This document shows, one piece after another, positions 8,687 through 18,098 of a stretch of 64,000 nt of DNA (position 1 is the first letter of the stretch; each line of letters begins with the position of its first letter). The position numbers and the translations under genes were made by a program. The notes under the pieces were generated by a model. That model did not search any database and was not told where the DNA came from. It saw only the letters and a list, made by a program, of their open reading frames with translations. Source of the DNA: a virus; the IMG/VR virus record IMGVR_UViG_3300047476_001657, positions 1-64,000 of that record; one strand, given 5' to 3'.

Positions 8687-9724
8687 ATGCCACTACCAAA
8701 AAAAATTAAAAAGAATATACCATTAACAGAGTCAAAAATTCTTTTAGAAAGAAGACAAGAGTTAGTAGATAAAATTAATAAAGATGGTACTTATTTACCC
8801 AAATCAATATTACATGCAGATTTGGATGGTGGTTTTTTAGATTTTGTAAAAGATGAATTGAAATTAGTTGTTGAGGGAAAAACTGTACCAAATGTTGATA
8901 TTATATTAACAACACAAAATTGGGCTCAATTTGTTCAAACATGGGATTTCCAAAATATTGACAAAAATGTTGAACCTCCATTTATAACTGTAATTAGAAT
9001 TCCAGAAGTTAAGTATGGAACAAATCCTGCGGTTCTTTATACAATACCAAATAGAAGATTATTTTTTTATGCTCAAGTTCCAACTTGGGATGGTAATAGG
9101 GTTGGTATGGACATTTACAAAATACCACAACCAGTACCAGTAGATATTACTTTTCAAGTTAAGATTGTTTGTAATAGAATGAGAGAACTTAATGCTTTCA
9201 ACAAAATAATAATTGAAAAGTTTTCATCAAGACAAGCATATACAGTTATCAAAGGACACTATATTCCAATTGTTATGGGTAATATTAGTGACGAGTCTGT
9301 TATGGATATGGAAAAAAGAAAGTATTATATTCAAAGTTATGAATTTACAATGTTGGGATTCTTAATTGATGAAAATGAATTTGAGGTAAGTCCAGCAGTT
9401 AGTAGGGTTTTACAAGTTGTTGAGACTGAATTAAGAACTGTAAGTCGTGGTAAAAGTACAAGATTACCAAATGATAAAATAGAACTTGCAGCAACCTTCG
9501 TTGGTGGAAATACTATAGTTAATGAAAAATTTGATTATACAACAAATATAAATGTTGACTCAACAAGTAATGTCAAAAACTATGATGTTTACATAAACAA
9601 CAATTTTTTTGGTACTAATGTTAATTCAATCCAAATAAACAATGGGGATGTATTAAAATTAGAAATTGAGAAATTGGATATTCTTTCAGATAGTAGTATT
9701 ACACTAATTAGTAATATAATTTAA
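8687..9724 (+). CDS. Tail terminator / sheath stabiliser (T4 gp15-like)
   Basis: PVPVDITFQVKIV...ELN....II..F pattern; synteny upstream of the sheath. Confidence 0.6.
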   Translation: MPLPKKIKKNIPLTESKILLERRQELVDKINKDGTYLPKSILHADLDGGFLDFVKDELKLVVEGKTVPNVDIILTTQNWAQFVQTWDFQNIDKNVEPPFITVIRIPEVKYGTNPAVLYTIPNRRLFFYAQVPTWDGNRVGMDIYKIPQPVPVDITFQVKIVCNRMRELNAFNKIIIEKFSSRQAYTVIKGHYIPIVMGNISDESVMDMEKRKYYIQSYEFTMLGFLIDENEFEVSPAVSRVLQVVETELRTVSRGKSTRLPNDKIELAATFVGGNTIVNEKFDYTTNINVDSTSNVKNYDVYINNNFFGTNVNSIQINNGDVLKLEIEKLDILSDSSITLISNII

Positions 9725-9885
9725 TTGTCTCCGTAAATATCTTTTTTTTCTTTACACTTCTCAACAATTAACCTTTCTAAAAATCTATACATTTTTATAC
9801 CATTTTTGTCACAATAGTTTTTCAATATATCATGAACTTCTAATGATATTTTAAGATTTTTTATTTTTTTTTCTTTTTTTTCCAT
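9721..9885 (-). CDS. Small ribbon-helix-helix DNA-binding protein (not in the ORF track)
   Basis: Manual translation: MEKKEKKIKNLKISLEVHDILKNYCDKNGIKMYRFLERLIVEKCKEKKDIYGDN (54 aa). It shows an alternating beta strand (KNLKIS), a helix, a G turn and a second helix. Confidence 0.75.
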   Translation of the reverse strand: MEKKEKKIKNLKISLEVHDILKNYCDKNGIKMYRFLERLIVEKCKEKKDIYGDN

Positions 9886-9913
9886 GGTAGAAAAAAGGTA
9901 GAAAATATTCTAC
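9886..9913. promoter_or_regulatory. Putative RHH operator: GGTAGAAAA direct repeat (9886, 9897) plus GTAGAA-aata-TTCTAC inverted repeat
   Basis: Directly abuts the RHH start codon, downstream of a TTGACT-N16-TAAATT element on the minus strand (9943-9916). Confidence 0.55.
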
Positions 9914-9964
9914 TCAATTTATATATACATATCATAAAGTCAAGTATTTTACTTTTTTGTTTAA

Positions 9965-9971
9965 TATTTAT
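9965..9971 (+). promoter_or_regulatory. TATTTAT putative late promoter element
   Basis: 31 nt upstream of the sheath ATG. Confidence 0.6.
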
Positions 9972-10002
9972 GTAATAAATAAATTATTAAACAACAAAAA
10001 AA

Positions 10003-13000
10003 ATGGCAAATACAAAAGTTTTCGTATCACCAGGTGTCTATACATCAGAGGTTGATTTAAGCTTTGTGTCACAAAGTGTTGGTGTAACAACTTTGGGTAT
10101 TGTTGGTGAAACTTTAAAAGGTCCAGCCTTCGAACCAATTTTCATCCGAAACTTTGATGAGTTCTCAGCTTTCTTCGGTGATACCTCACCAGAAAAATTC
10201 ATAAACACACAAATACCAAAATATGAGGCATCATATATTGCAAAGGCTTATTTGCAACAATCCAACCAACTATTTGTAACTAGAATATTGGGATTGTCAG
10301 GTTATGATGCGGGACCTTCTTGGTCTATCACAACAGTTGCAAATGTTGACCAATCAACCGTAGGGTTTGAATGTTCAGGATTTACAACGGGAAATTGTGT
10401 TACAGATTGTACAGGTTATACAATTGTTGGTTATACAATTGACTTTACTGGTTGTACTAACGACCCAAACACTATAACATTTACAAATCAAATTCCTAGT
10501 TTCTTATCAGGTGACTTATTAAGTACATACGAAAAATTTGATGGAACTACTTCAACAATCAATGCTGATTTGAAAACACAAATAAGTAATGTATTAGCCA
10601 CTCCAGCTTCATCAGCATATACTATAAGTTATTTTGGTACTATATCAGGTGGAACTTATGATACTTTAACTGCCTTTACATCAAGTACAAATGTTTTTGG
10701 AGTTAATAATGTAAGTTCAGATTTAGCTGATTACACTGACCCAATTAATGATACTTGGTACTATGCAACTTTTGATAATATTGGTGGTGGTGAATATACT
10801 GGTTATTCTTTTTATAACTATGTTGACTCATTAACATTAACATCATCTAAATCAAATTGTGCATCTTTTGGAAGTTATGAAGTTAGTTCATCAACTATTA
10901 GTACAGTTGTGGGTACAATAAATTATAATACAAATACAATAAGTGTTTGTCTTCCTCCCACAGCAACAACAGCTGATACAACCGCGATGACTATAGTATT
11001 TAGTGCTTGTACAACAGGTGTGACAAGTACAACTTCAACAGGTACAACAAGTGCAATTACAACCAATTTTAATTTCAGTTCAACAACACAAACTTATACA
11101 TTAACATCTGAAGATGGTACTGCAGTTTCAGCATGGACAGTAAATCTACTATTCCAAGATCCTTGTGGTTTTTGTGTTTCAGGAAATACCGGGACAATAC
11201 CTACACAAACAATAACAAATTGTTTCAGTGGTACTGTTTCAGGTACAGCTTACATTTATACTGGTACTTCTTACACTGATTATGATGATTTAGTTGTCGC
11301 AACATTACGTTCAAGAGGTATTGCAACCTATAGTACTGATAATGGTGCAGTTTACGAAGTACAAAACTTGAATGATGTTTCTATTGATTGTACTGGTACT
11401 TATTCAACAGTACTTAAAAATCCTTATGCTACTTTTGGTTTGAATGTAACAAACAACGATGGTCAATCATTTTTCTTTGAAACTTCATTCACAAATTCTA
11501 ATGTAAATTACATTGGTAAAGTTTTTGGTTACTCTAATTTCGCAAAACCTAGAACAGTTGTTCCTCTTTTCCTAGAAGAAAGATTCCAAAGTTTGTTAAA
11601 TTATGGTTATAGAAAAGGTTATATCAGAGGATTGAATTGTAACTTAACAAGTTTACCTGAAGCAAGAAACGAAAATCCAACTTCAATCGGATGGTATTTA
11701 GAACAATATCAATCACCACAATCTCCTTGGGTTGTTTCTGAATTAAGAGGTAATAAAGTTTTCAACTTGTTCAGATTTAAAACAATCTCAGATGGTGATG
11801 CAGCAAACACTGAAGTAAAAGTTTCAATTGCAAATATTTCTTTTAACAATGGTACTTTTGATGTATTAGTTAGAGATTATTTTGATAATGATTCAAATCC
11901 AGTTGTTATTGAAAAATTCACAAACTGTACAATGAATCCAAGTGAAAATAGTTTCATAGCTAAAAAAATTGGTTCAACTGATGGTGAATACCAATTGAAC
12001 TCTAAATATATTATGGTAGAATTAAACGAGGATGCACCAATAGATGCTTTACCTTGTGGATTTGAAGGGTATAATTTCAGAGAGTACGCTGGTGTTAAAT
12101 CTCCATTCCCTATTTACAAAACTAAATACGATTTTCCTGGTGAAGTTATCTATAATCCACCATTCGGCCTTGCATCGGGTTCTGATGATATTATAAGAAG
12201 TGGTGGTGATAATGTAAGAAGAACTTATTTAGGTATTTCTGATACAATTGGATATGACCCAGATTTCTTTGCTTATAAAGGTAAACAAGTTCCATTGAAT
12301 GTTTGTACAGATACAAGTGGTGATAATTGGCCTTATAAATCTAAAGGATTCCATATGGACATTAACGCTTCAGCTATCACAATTTCTAACGTATTCTCTA
12401 CAAGTGGAACTCCAGCTTTCTTTGTTGGTGCGGCAGAATTTACGTCTGATCCTGAATCTGAAGCTAATCCATACTATAGACTTTTTGCACGTAAATTTAC
12501 TTTATTAGTTGCAGGTGGTTTTGATGGCTGGGACATTTACAGAGAATCAAGAACTAATACTGATAGATTTAGATTAGGTGCTAATGGTTATCTAAGAGGT
12601 GCATGTACATCAATTACATATCCAACAGCAACTGGATGGGGTGCATTCAAGAGAATCACTGTTGGTGATAATAGAGTTGACTTTGCAAATTCTGACTACT
12701 ACGCATACTTATTAGGTCAACAAACATTTGCAAATCCTGAAGCTGTTAATATAAATGTATTTACAACTCCTGGTATTGATTATGTAAATCACTCTAATCT
12801 TGTTGAAGCTGCAATAGAAATGATTGAGTTTGATAGAGCGGATTCAATTTACATCTGTACAACACCAGACTATAATATGTTTGTACCAACAACAACAGAT
12901 AATCTTGATTTAATTTATCCTCAAGAAGCTGTTGATAACTTGGATAACACAGGTATAGATTCTAACTACACAGCAACTTATTATCCTTGGATTTTGACAA

Positions 13001-13581
13001 GAGATACAGTGAATAATACTCAAGTTTATATACCACCAACAGCAGAGGTTTGTAGAAACTTAGCATTAACTGATAACATTGCATTCCCTTGGTTTGCTGC
13101 GGCAGGTTATACGCGTGGTATTGTTAATGGTATCAAAGCTAGAAAGAAACTTACTCAAGAAGATAGAGATACTTTATACAAAGGTAGAATCAATCCTATT
13201 GCTACTTTCTCTGATGTGGGAACTGTAATTTGGGGTAATAAAACACTTCAAGTAAGAGAATCAGCATTAGATAGAATTAATGTAAGAAGATTGTTATTAC
13301 AAGCACGTAAATTAATCTCTGCAGTTTCTGTAAGATTGTTATTTGAACAAAATGATGCAAAGGTAAGACAAGATTTCTTAGATGCGGTTAATCCAATCTT
13401 AGACGCAATCAGAAGAGATAGAGGTTTATACGATTTCCGTGTAACAGTTTCTTCAGACCCAGCTGACTTAGATAGAAATCAATTAACTGGTAAAATCTAT
13501 ATCAAACCTACTAAATCATTAGAGTTTATAGATATTACTTTCTACATCACACCAACTGGTGCATCGTTCGAAAATATCTAA
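10003..13581 (+). CDS. Contractile tail sheath protein with a large Thr/Ser/Cys-rich insertion
   Basis: N-terminal SPGVYTSEVD; C-terminal PWFAAAGYTRG, RINPI, WGNKTL, RINVRRLL, FEQND, IYIKPTKSLEFI. Confidence 0.95.
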   Translation: MANTKVFVSPGVYTSEVDLSFVSQSVGVTTLGIVGETLKGPAFEPIFIRNFDEFSAFFGDTSPEKFINTQIPKYEASYIAKAYLQQSNQLFVTRILGLSGYDAGPSWSITTVANVDQSTVGFECSGFTTGNCVTDCTGYTIVGYTIDFTGCTNDPNTITFTNQIPSFLSGDLLSTYEKFDGTTSTINADLKTQISNVLATPASSAYTISYFGTISGGTYDTLTAFTSSTNVFGVNNVSSDLADYTDPINDTWYYATFDNIGGGEYTGYSFYNYVDSLTLTSSKSNCASFGSYEVSSSTISTVVGTINYNTNTISVCLPPTATTADTTAMTIVFSACTTGVTSTTSTGTTSAITTNFNFSSTTQTYTLTSEDGTAVSAWTVNLLFQDPCGFCVSGNTGTIPTQTITNCFSGTVSGTAYIYTGTSYTDYDDLVVATLRSRGIATYSTDNGAVYEVQNLNDVSIDCTGTYSTVLKNPYATFGLNVTNNDGQSFFFETSFTNSNVNYIGKVFGYSNFAKPRTVVPLFLEERFQSLLNYGYRKGYIRGLNCNLTSLPEARNENPTSIGWYLEQYQSPQSPWVVSELRGNKVFNLFRFKTISDGDAANTEVKVSIANISFNNGTFDVLVRDYFDNDSNPVVIEKFTNCTMNPSENSFIAKKIGSTDGEYQLNSKYIMVELNEDAPIDALPCGFEGYNFREYAGVKSPFPIYKTKYDFPGEVIYNPPFGLASGSDDIIRSGGDNVRRTYLGISDTIGYDPDFFAYKGKQVPLNVCTDTSGDNWPYKSKGFHMDINASAITISNVFSTSGTPAFFVGAAEFTSDPESEANPYYRLFARKFTLLVAGGFDGWDIYRESRTNTDRFRLGANGYLRGACTSITYPTATGWGAFKRITVGDNRVDFANSDYYAYLLGQQTFANPEAVNINVFTTPGIDYVNHSNLVEAAIEMIEFDRADSIYICTTPDYNMFVPTTTDNLDLIYPQEAVDNLDNTGIDSNYTATYYPWILTRDTVNNTQVYIPPTAEVCRNLALTDNIAFPWFAAAGYTRGIVNGIKARKKLTQEDRDTLYKGRINPIATFSDVGTVIWGNKTLQVRESALDRINVRRLLLQARKLISAVSVRLLFEQNDAKVRQDFLDAVNPILDAIRRDRGLYDFRVTVSSDPADLDRNQLTGKIYIKPTKSLEFIDITFYITPTGASFENI

Positions 13582-13601
13582 ACAAAATAGATAATCAAAT
13601 T

Positions 13602-13628
13602 GGGGGAGACAAAATCTCCCCCTTTTTT
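13602..13628 (+). terminator. Intrinsic terminator after sheath
   Basis: GGGGGAGA-caaaa-TCTCCCCC-TTTTTT. Confidence 0.9.
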
Positions 13629-13638
13629 AATTAACACA

Positions 13639-13645
13639 TATTTAT
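13639..13645 (+). promoter_or_regulatory. TATTTAT putative late promoter element
   Basis: 4 nt upstream of the ATG at 13650. Confidence 0.6.
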
Positions 13646-13649
13646 TAGT

Positions 13650-14534
13650 ATGAGAAACAGAATTATTGAACTTTTAAGAGAAATTGAAGAAAGAGAAATC
13701 CCTATGAAATATTATGCTTTTGATTGGGATGATAACTTAATGTACATGCCAACTAAGATTTATCTATTAGATGATGATGGTGAAGAAGTTGGTATGGGTA
13801 CAGAAGACTTTGCTGAACATAGAGTTGACATAGGAAAAAAACCATTTGATTATAATGGGTTTACAATTGTTGATTTTGCACCAAATCCTTTTAGAGATTT
13901 CAAAACCGATGGTGATAGTAAATTTTTAAAAGATGTTATGAGTGCTAAATTAGCTGTAGATGCTGCTTGGCCTGACTTTGTTGAAGCAATTAATAACGGT
14001 TCTTTATTTTCTATTATTACTGCCAGAGGACACCATCCAATGACACTAATGAAAGGTGTAAAAAAACTTATTGATTCAAACAGAGGTGGTATTGATTCTG
14101 ACCAATTATATGAATCACTTGTTAAAATGAGAGAACATGCTGGGGAAACACCAAGAGATAAAGAAACTGAAATAATGAAATATCTTAGAATGTGTAGATT
14201 TTATCCAGTTTCTTATGGTGAGGGTTCAGCAACAAATCCGGAAGAAGCTAAAATTAGAGCTATGAATAGTTTTAAACAATATGCTCACAATCAGGCTGAA
14301 AAACTTAATATGAGATTATCTAAGAAAATTGAAAACGAAATTGGAAATAGATTTGTACCTATGATTGGATTTTCTGACGATGACCCAAGAAATATTAAGG
14401 CAATGAGTAAGGGGGTGAAAGATGTTAAAATATTTTCAACATATGGTGGTAAGAAAAAACTATATAAACCAGATGAAGAAGAATTACAATTAGAATATAA
14501 AATAATTAATATAATTAAAAAAATATTAAAATAA
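13650..14534 (+). CDS. HAD-superfamily phosphatase-like protein
   Basis: Motif I YAFDWDDNL, motif II IITARG, conserved K (EEAKI), motif IV GFSDDD. Confidence 0.75.
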   Translation: MRNRIIELLREIEEREIPMKYYAFDWDDNLMYMPTKIYLLDDDGEEVGMGTEDFAEHRVDIGKKPFDYNGFTIVDFAPNPFRDFKTDGDSKFLKDVMSAKLAVDAAWPDFVEAINNGSLFSIITARGHHPMTLMKGVKKLIDSNRGGIDSDQLYESLVKMREHAGETPRDKETEIMKYLRMCRFYPVSYGEGSATNPEEAKIRAMNSFKQYAHNQAEKLNMRLSKKIENEIGNRFVPMIGFSDDDPRNIKAMSKGVKDVKIFSTYGGKKKLYKPDEEELQLEYKIINIIKKILK

Positions 14535-14631
14535 TATATTTATTATATATAATAGTTATATAACTATATTCTATATTGTAAGTGTAAAAATACTTTCAAA
14601 AAAAGTAAATAGAAAAAACTTATAACAAGGA

Positions 14632-14638
14632 TATTTAT
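14632..14638 (+). promoter_or_regulatory. TATTTAT putative late promoter element (second copy at 14537-14543)
   Basis: 33 nt upstream of the tube ATG. Confidence 0.6.
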
Positions 14639-14671
14639 TAAAATAAAGATAAAAATTAAAAACAATATAAA

Positions 14672-15160
14672 ATGGCTGATTTATTAATGAAAATGCCGGT
14701 ACCTTACGAACCGAAAAGACAGAATAGGTTTATTTTAAGGTTTCCATCATCATTAGGTATCAATGAGTGGTTTGTTGAATCCGCTAAAAGACCTTCAATT
14801 AAAGTTAACTCTATTCCAATTCCTTTTTTAAACACTTCAACATATGTTGCTGGTCGTTTTGAATGGAATGAAATTGGTATTAAGTTAAGAGACCCTATCG
14901 GACCTTCAGCATCTCAAGCTATTATGGAGTGGATGCGTCTTTGTGCTGAATCAGTAACTGGTCGTATGGGTTATGCTGCTGGTTATAAGAAAAACGTTGA
15001 TTTAGAAATGTTAGACCCAACTGGTGTTGTTGTAGAAAAATGGATATTAGAGGGTACTTGGATGACAAGTGCTGACTTTGGTTCTCTTGGTTATAGTACT
15101 GATGCTTTAGCTGACATCAGTGTTAACTTGAGAATGGATCGTTGTATTTTAGTATACTAA
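14672..15160 (+). CDS. Tail tube protein (T4 gp19-like)
   Basis: 162 aa; EPKRQNRF, YVAGRFEW, GYKK...LEMLDPTG..VEKW.L.G; position after the sheath. Confidence 0.9.
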   Translation: MADLLMKMPVPYEPKRQNRFILRFPSSLGINEWFVESAKRPSIKVNSIPIPFLNTSTYVAGRFEWNEIGIKLRDPIGPSASQAIMEWMRLCAESVTGRMGYAAGYKKNVDLEMLDPTGVVVEKWILEGTWMTSADFGSLGYSTDALADISVNLRMDRCILVY

Positions 15161-15177
15161 AATAAATTTTATTACAT

Positions 15178-15221
15178 AAAAAATTCCTAAATGTATTATG
15201 TACATCTAGGAATTTTTTTTT
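15178..15221 (+). terminator. Intrinsic terminator after tube
   Basis: AAAAATTCCTA.ATGTA-ttatg-TACAT.TAGGAATTTTTTTTT. Confidence 0.75.
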
Positions 15222-15242
15222 ATTTTGTAAATAAAAAATATT

Positions 15243-15995
15243 ATGAATATTGAAGAAATTGCACAATCAAATTTTAATCTTCCTCACGACTTAGTTCCAC
15301 TTCCTTCACAAGGAATTTTTTATAAATCAAAAAAGAAAGCTATTAAAGTGGGGTACTTAACTGCTAGTGATGAAAACTTTTTGGTTGGTGGTAGTCAAGT
15401 TAATGGTGGTAATATAATTCTAACGTTATTAAGAAATAAAATATACGAACCAGATATAAGACCAGAAGAATTATTAGAAGGAGATATTGAAGCGATTTTA
15501 ATATTTTTAAGAAATACTGCATTTGGTCCTGAATACCAAGTTCAACTTACTGACCCAGCAACTAACAAACTTTTCACTGTTGACCTCTTACTAGATGAAA
15601 TGAGGATTAAACAAACTGAAGTTAAACCTGATGAGAATGGATTTTTAACTACAACACTTCCTAAAACAGGTTCAGTAGTTAAATTGAAACCATTAACTTA
15701 TGGTGAAATTGTTGAATTAGATAAAATGGCTGAACAATATCCAGTTGGAAGAGTTGCACCAAAAATTACTTGGAGATTAAATAAATTAATACAAGAAATA
15801 GATGGTAATTCAGACAGAACAAATATCGCTTTGATTGTTGAAAATTTACCAATAGCGGATTCAAAACACATAAGAAATTTTGTGAAAGAAAATCAACCTT
15901 CTTTAGATTTAACCAAAACACTTCAAGCCCCTTCAGGAGAGAAAGTAACATTTGATGTTACTTTTGGGGTTGAATTTTTTCGTCCTTTCTTCTAG
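15243..15995 (+). CDS. Tail assembly chaperone / hub assembly protein (T4 gp26-like)
   Basis: LPSQG.FY start, GD..AILIFLR..AFG..Y, ends ..EFFRPFF; lies between tube and tape measure. Confidence 0.7.
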   Translation: MNIEEIAQSNFNLPHDLVPLPSQGIFYKSKKKAIKVGYLTASDENFLVGGSQVNGGNIILTLLRNKIYEPDIRPEELLEGDIEAILIFLRNTAFGPEYQVQLTDPATNKLFTVDLLLDEMRIKQTEVKPDENGFLTTTLPKTGSVVKLKPLTYGEIVELDKMAEQYPVGRVAPKITWRLNKLIQEIDGNSDRTNIALIVENLPIADSKHIRNFVKENQPSLDLTKTLQAPSGEKVTFDVTFGVEFFRPFF

Positions 15996-16137
15996 ACATA
16001 GACAATTTTTATTGGATGATTATTACATAATGGCAAAGTTTCTAAGAACTTCTTGGAGTGACTTTTTATCAATGCCAACATATGCTAGAAAATATCTTAT
16101 AAATTTAATAATAGAACAGAACACACCTAAAGACTAA
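15952..16137 (+). CDS. Small gp51-like / chaperone 'T' extension, probably reached by frameshift
   Basis: Overlaps the chaperone 3' end in the +1 frame; YY.MAK....SWSDF.SMP.Y.RKY.I..IIE pattern. Confidence 0.6.
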   Translation: MMLLLGLNFFVLSSRHRQFLLDDYYIMAKFLRTSWSDFLSMPTYARKYLINLIIEQNTPKD

Positions 16138-16156
16138 TCCCAAAATTAGTCTTTTT
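16129..16156 (+). terminator. Intrinsic terminator before tape measure
   Basis: AAAGACTAAT-cccaaa-ATTAGTCTTT-TT. Confidence 0.7.
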
Positions 16157-16159
16157 GTG

Positions 16160-16166
16160 TATTTAT
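16160..16166 (+). promoter_or_regulatory. TATTTAT putative late promoter element
   Basis: 16 nt upstream of the ATG at 16183. Confidence 0.6.
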
Positions 16167-16182
16167 AGTAAACCTAATTTAA

Positions 16183-18060
16183 ATGGAAGAAAACAAAAAC
16201 TTTGATGATATTTTTAAGGCTTTTGGTAAGTATGCTGAAACAATTGCAACTCAGTTTGCTACTAACTTTATGGCTTCCTCTATTGACCAAACAATAAAGG
16301 AATATGAAAGGAGTGCAGTAAATGTATTAAAATCTTTTGGTACTGGTAGAGATAGAATTGTTGAGTTGAAAGCGTCTATGGCTGATGCTGTTACAAGTGT
16401 GAAACTGATGGGTGGTGAATTGAGTAATGTTGCACAAATTGCTCAAGATATTGGTTCAGCACTTAATAGAAATATGATTTTAACAAGTGAATCATACTCA
16501 AAATTATACGCAGCAACTGAAGTTACAGGAGTTGGGGTTAAAACATTGGCAAACAGTTTCAAAGATGCCGGATTTTCTGTGTATCAGATAAGTCAAAATA
16601 TGGAGAAGGTTGTTAACACCGCAAGAGCTCAAGGTATTAACGCCCAAGTTGTTTCACAACAAGTTGTCCAAAATATGGGATTGATGGACAAATATAATTT
16701 TGCTGGTGGTGTAGAAGGATTGGCTAAAATGGTGACTCAAGCAACAAGTTTGAGAATTAGTGTTAGTGATATTGCAAACACTATGCAAAAAGCTTTTGAA
16801 CCTGAAAGTGCTATAGAGATGGCTGCTGCACTCCAAAGATTGGGTATGGCTCAGGGTGATTTGTTAGACCCACTGAGATTGATGGATTTAGCTCAAAATG
16901 ACCCAGCGGAACTTCAGAACCAAATTGCTGAAATGAGTAAAACATTTGTTGAATTTAATGAACAAACAAAATCATTCCAAATTGCACCAGGTGCCAAAAG
17001 ACAACTACAAGAAGTAGCCGGAGCATTGGGTATGCAACCTGAAGCTTTTGCTAAGATGGCCAAGGCTGCTGCAGAAATGGATGACAAACTACAAAAGATT
17101 TCTTTCCCTGACGCATTTTCGGAAGACCAGAAAAAGTTTATTGCAAATATGGCTGAGATGGGTGAAGGTGGGGAATATATGTTAAGAGTTGACAATAAAG
17201 ATTTAGGTATTGATGAAGCTATGAAGTTGTTTCAAGAACAACCCGCAGTTTATGAAAAATTTATCAAAGAATCAAAGCCTAAATCAATGGAGGAGTTAGC
17301 TAAGGAACAATTAACTACAACTGAAAGAATGGCCGCAAATGTAAATTCTATTGCAAATAGAATGGGTGCTGCGGTTGCCAGTTCAGAAACTCAAGAACAA
17401 GCTAACCAAGCAAGTATCCAACTTACTGAAGCACTTCCAAAAATATTAGGTGGTGAAAATTTACAAGTAAAAGGAATGAGGGATGCTGGGGACAAGATAG
17501 CCCAAGATATAATAAAAGGAGTTCAAAGTGGTGATATTATGGGAGGATTGTCTAAAGCTGAAAAAGGTACTGAAGATTATTTCAAAGGAGCTTTCGGTCA
17601 AGCCGTTGATGGTGCTAAATTAGCTTTTGATGATTTAGGTAAATCTAGTAACCCATTGATAAATATAATGGGAACTTTAACTACCAAAGTTGGTGAACTT
17701 GTAGCCAAGAGTGAAAATCTTGGTGAAAGTTTCTTTAAGACATCTGAAACAGTAAAGAAAACATCAGGAACATTAGATGGTACTGCGGCACAAGCGAAAG
17801 CTACTACAGTCACAGCAACAGCCGCGGCTACGACAACAGCCACAACTGAAAAATCTAAAGAACTAACACCACCCAAAGGTCCCGAAACTACAACGACTGA
17901 TGTTAAATTTACAGCACCTTTAGAAATAAAATTGAGTTTTACTGGATTACCAACAAACATTACAGAAGCTGAAATAAGAAAAATGATTGATGAAGGTAAG
18001 TTTAGTCAAGAGATAGCAAAAGCAATAGCCGAAGCTGAAAAACAAAAAACAAAACAATAG
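16183..18060 (+). CDS. Tape measure protein
   Basis: 625 aa, Ala/Gln/Met-rich and helical; canonical position after tube and chaperone. Confidence 0.75.
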   Translation: MEENKNFDDIFKAFGKYAETIATQFATNFMASSIDQTIKEYERSAVNVLKSFGTGRDRIVELKASMADAVTSVKLMGGELSNVAQIAQDIGSALNRNMILTSESYSKLYAATEVTGVGVKTLANSFKDAGFSVYQISQNMEKVVNTARAQGINAQVVSQQVVQNMGLMDKYNFAGGVEGLAKMVTQATSLRISVSDIANTMQKAFEPESAIEMAAALQRLGMAQGDLLDPLRLMDLAQNDPAELQNQIAEMSKTFVEFNEQTKSFQIAPGAKRQLQEVAGALGMQPEAFAKMAKAAAEMDDKLQKISFPDAFSEDQKKFIANMAEMGEGGEYMLRVDNKDLGIDEAMKLFQEQPAVYEKFIKESKPKSMEELAKEQLTTTERMAANVNSIANRMGAAVASSETQEQANQASIQLTEALPKILGGENLQVKGMRDAGDKIAQDIIKGVQSGDIMGGLSKAEKGTEDYFKGAFGQAVDGAKLAFDDLGKSSNPLINIMGTLTTKVGELVAKSENLGESFFKTSETVKKTSGTLDGTAAQAKATTVTATAAATTTATTEKSKELTPPKGPETTTTDVKFTAPLEIKLSFTGLPTNITEAEIRKMIDEGKFSQEIAKAIAEAEKQKTKQ

Positions 18061-18077
18061 TAAAATTCATTAAGACC

Positions 18078-18084
18078 TATTTAT
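18078..18084 (+). promoter_or_regulatory. TATTTAT putative late promoter element
   Basis: 14 nt upstream of the ATG at 18099. Confidence 0.6.
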
Positions 18085-18098
18085 ATTAAAATAACAAA

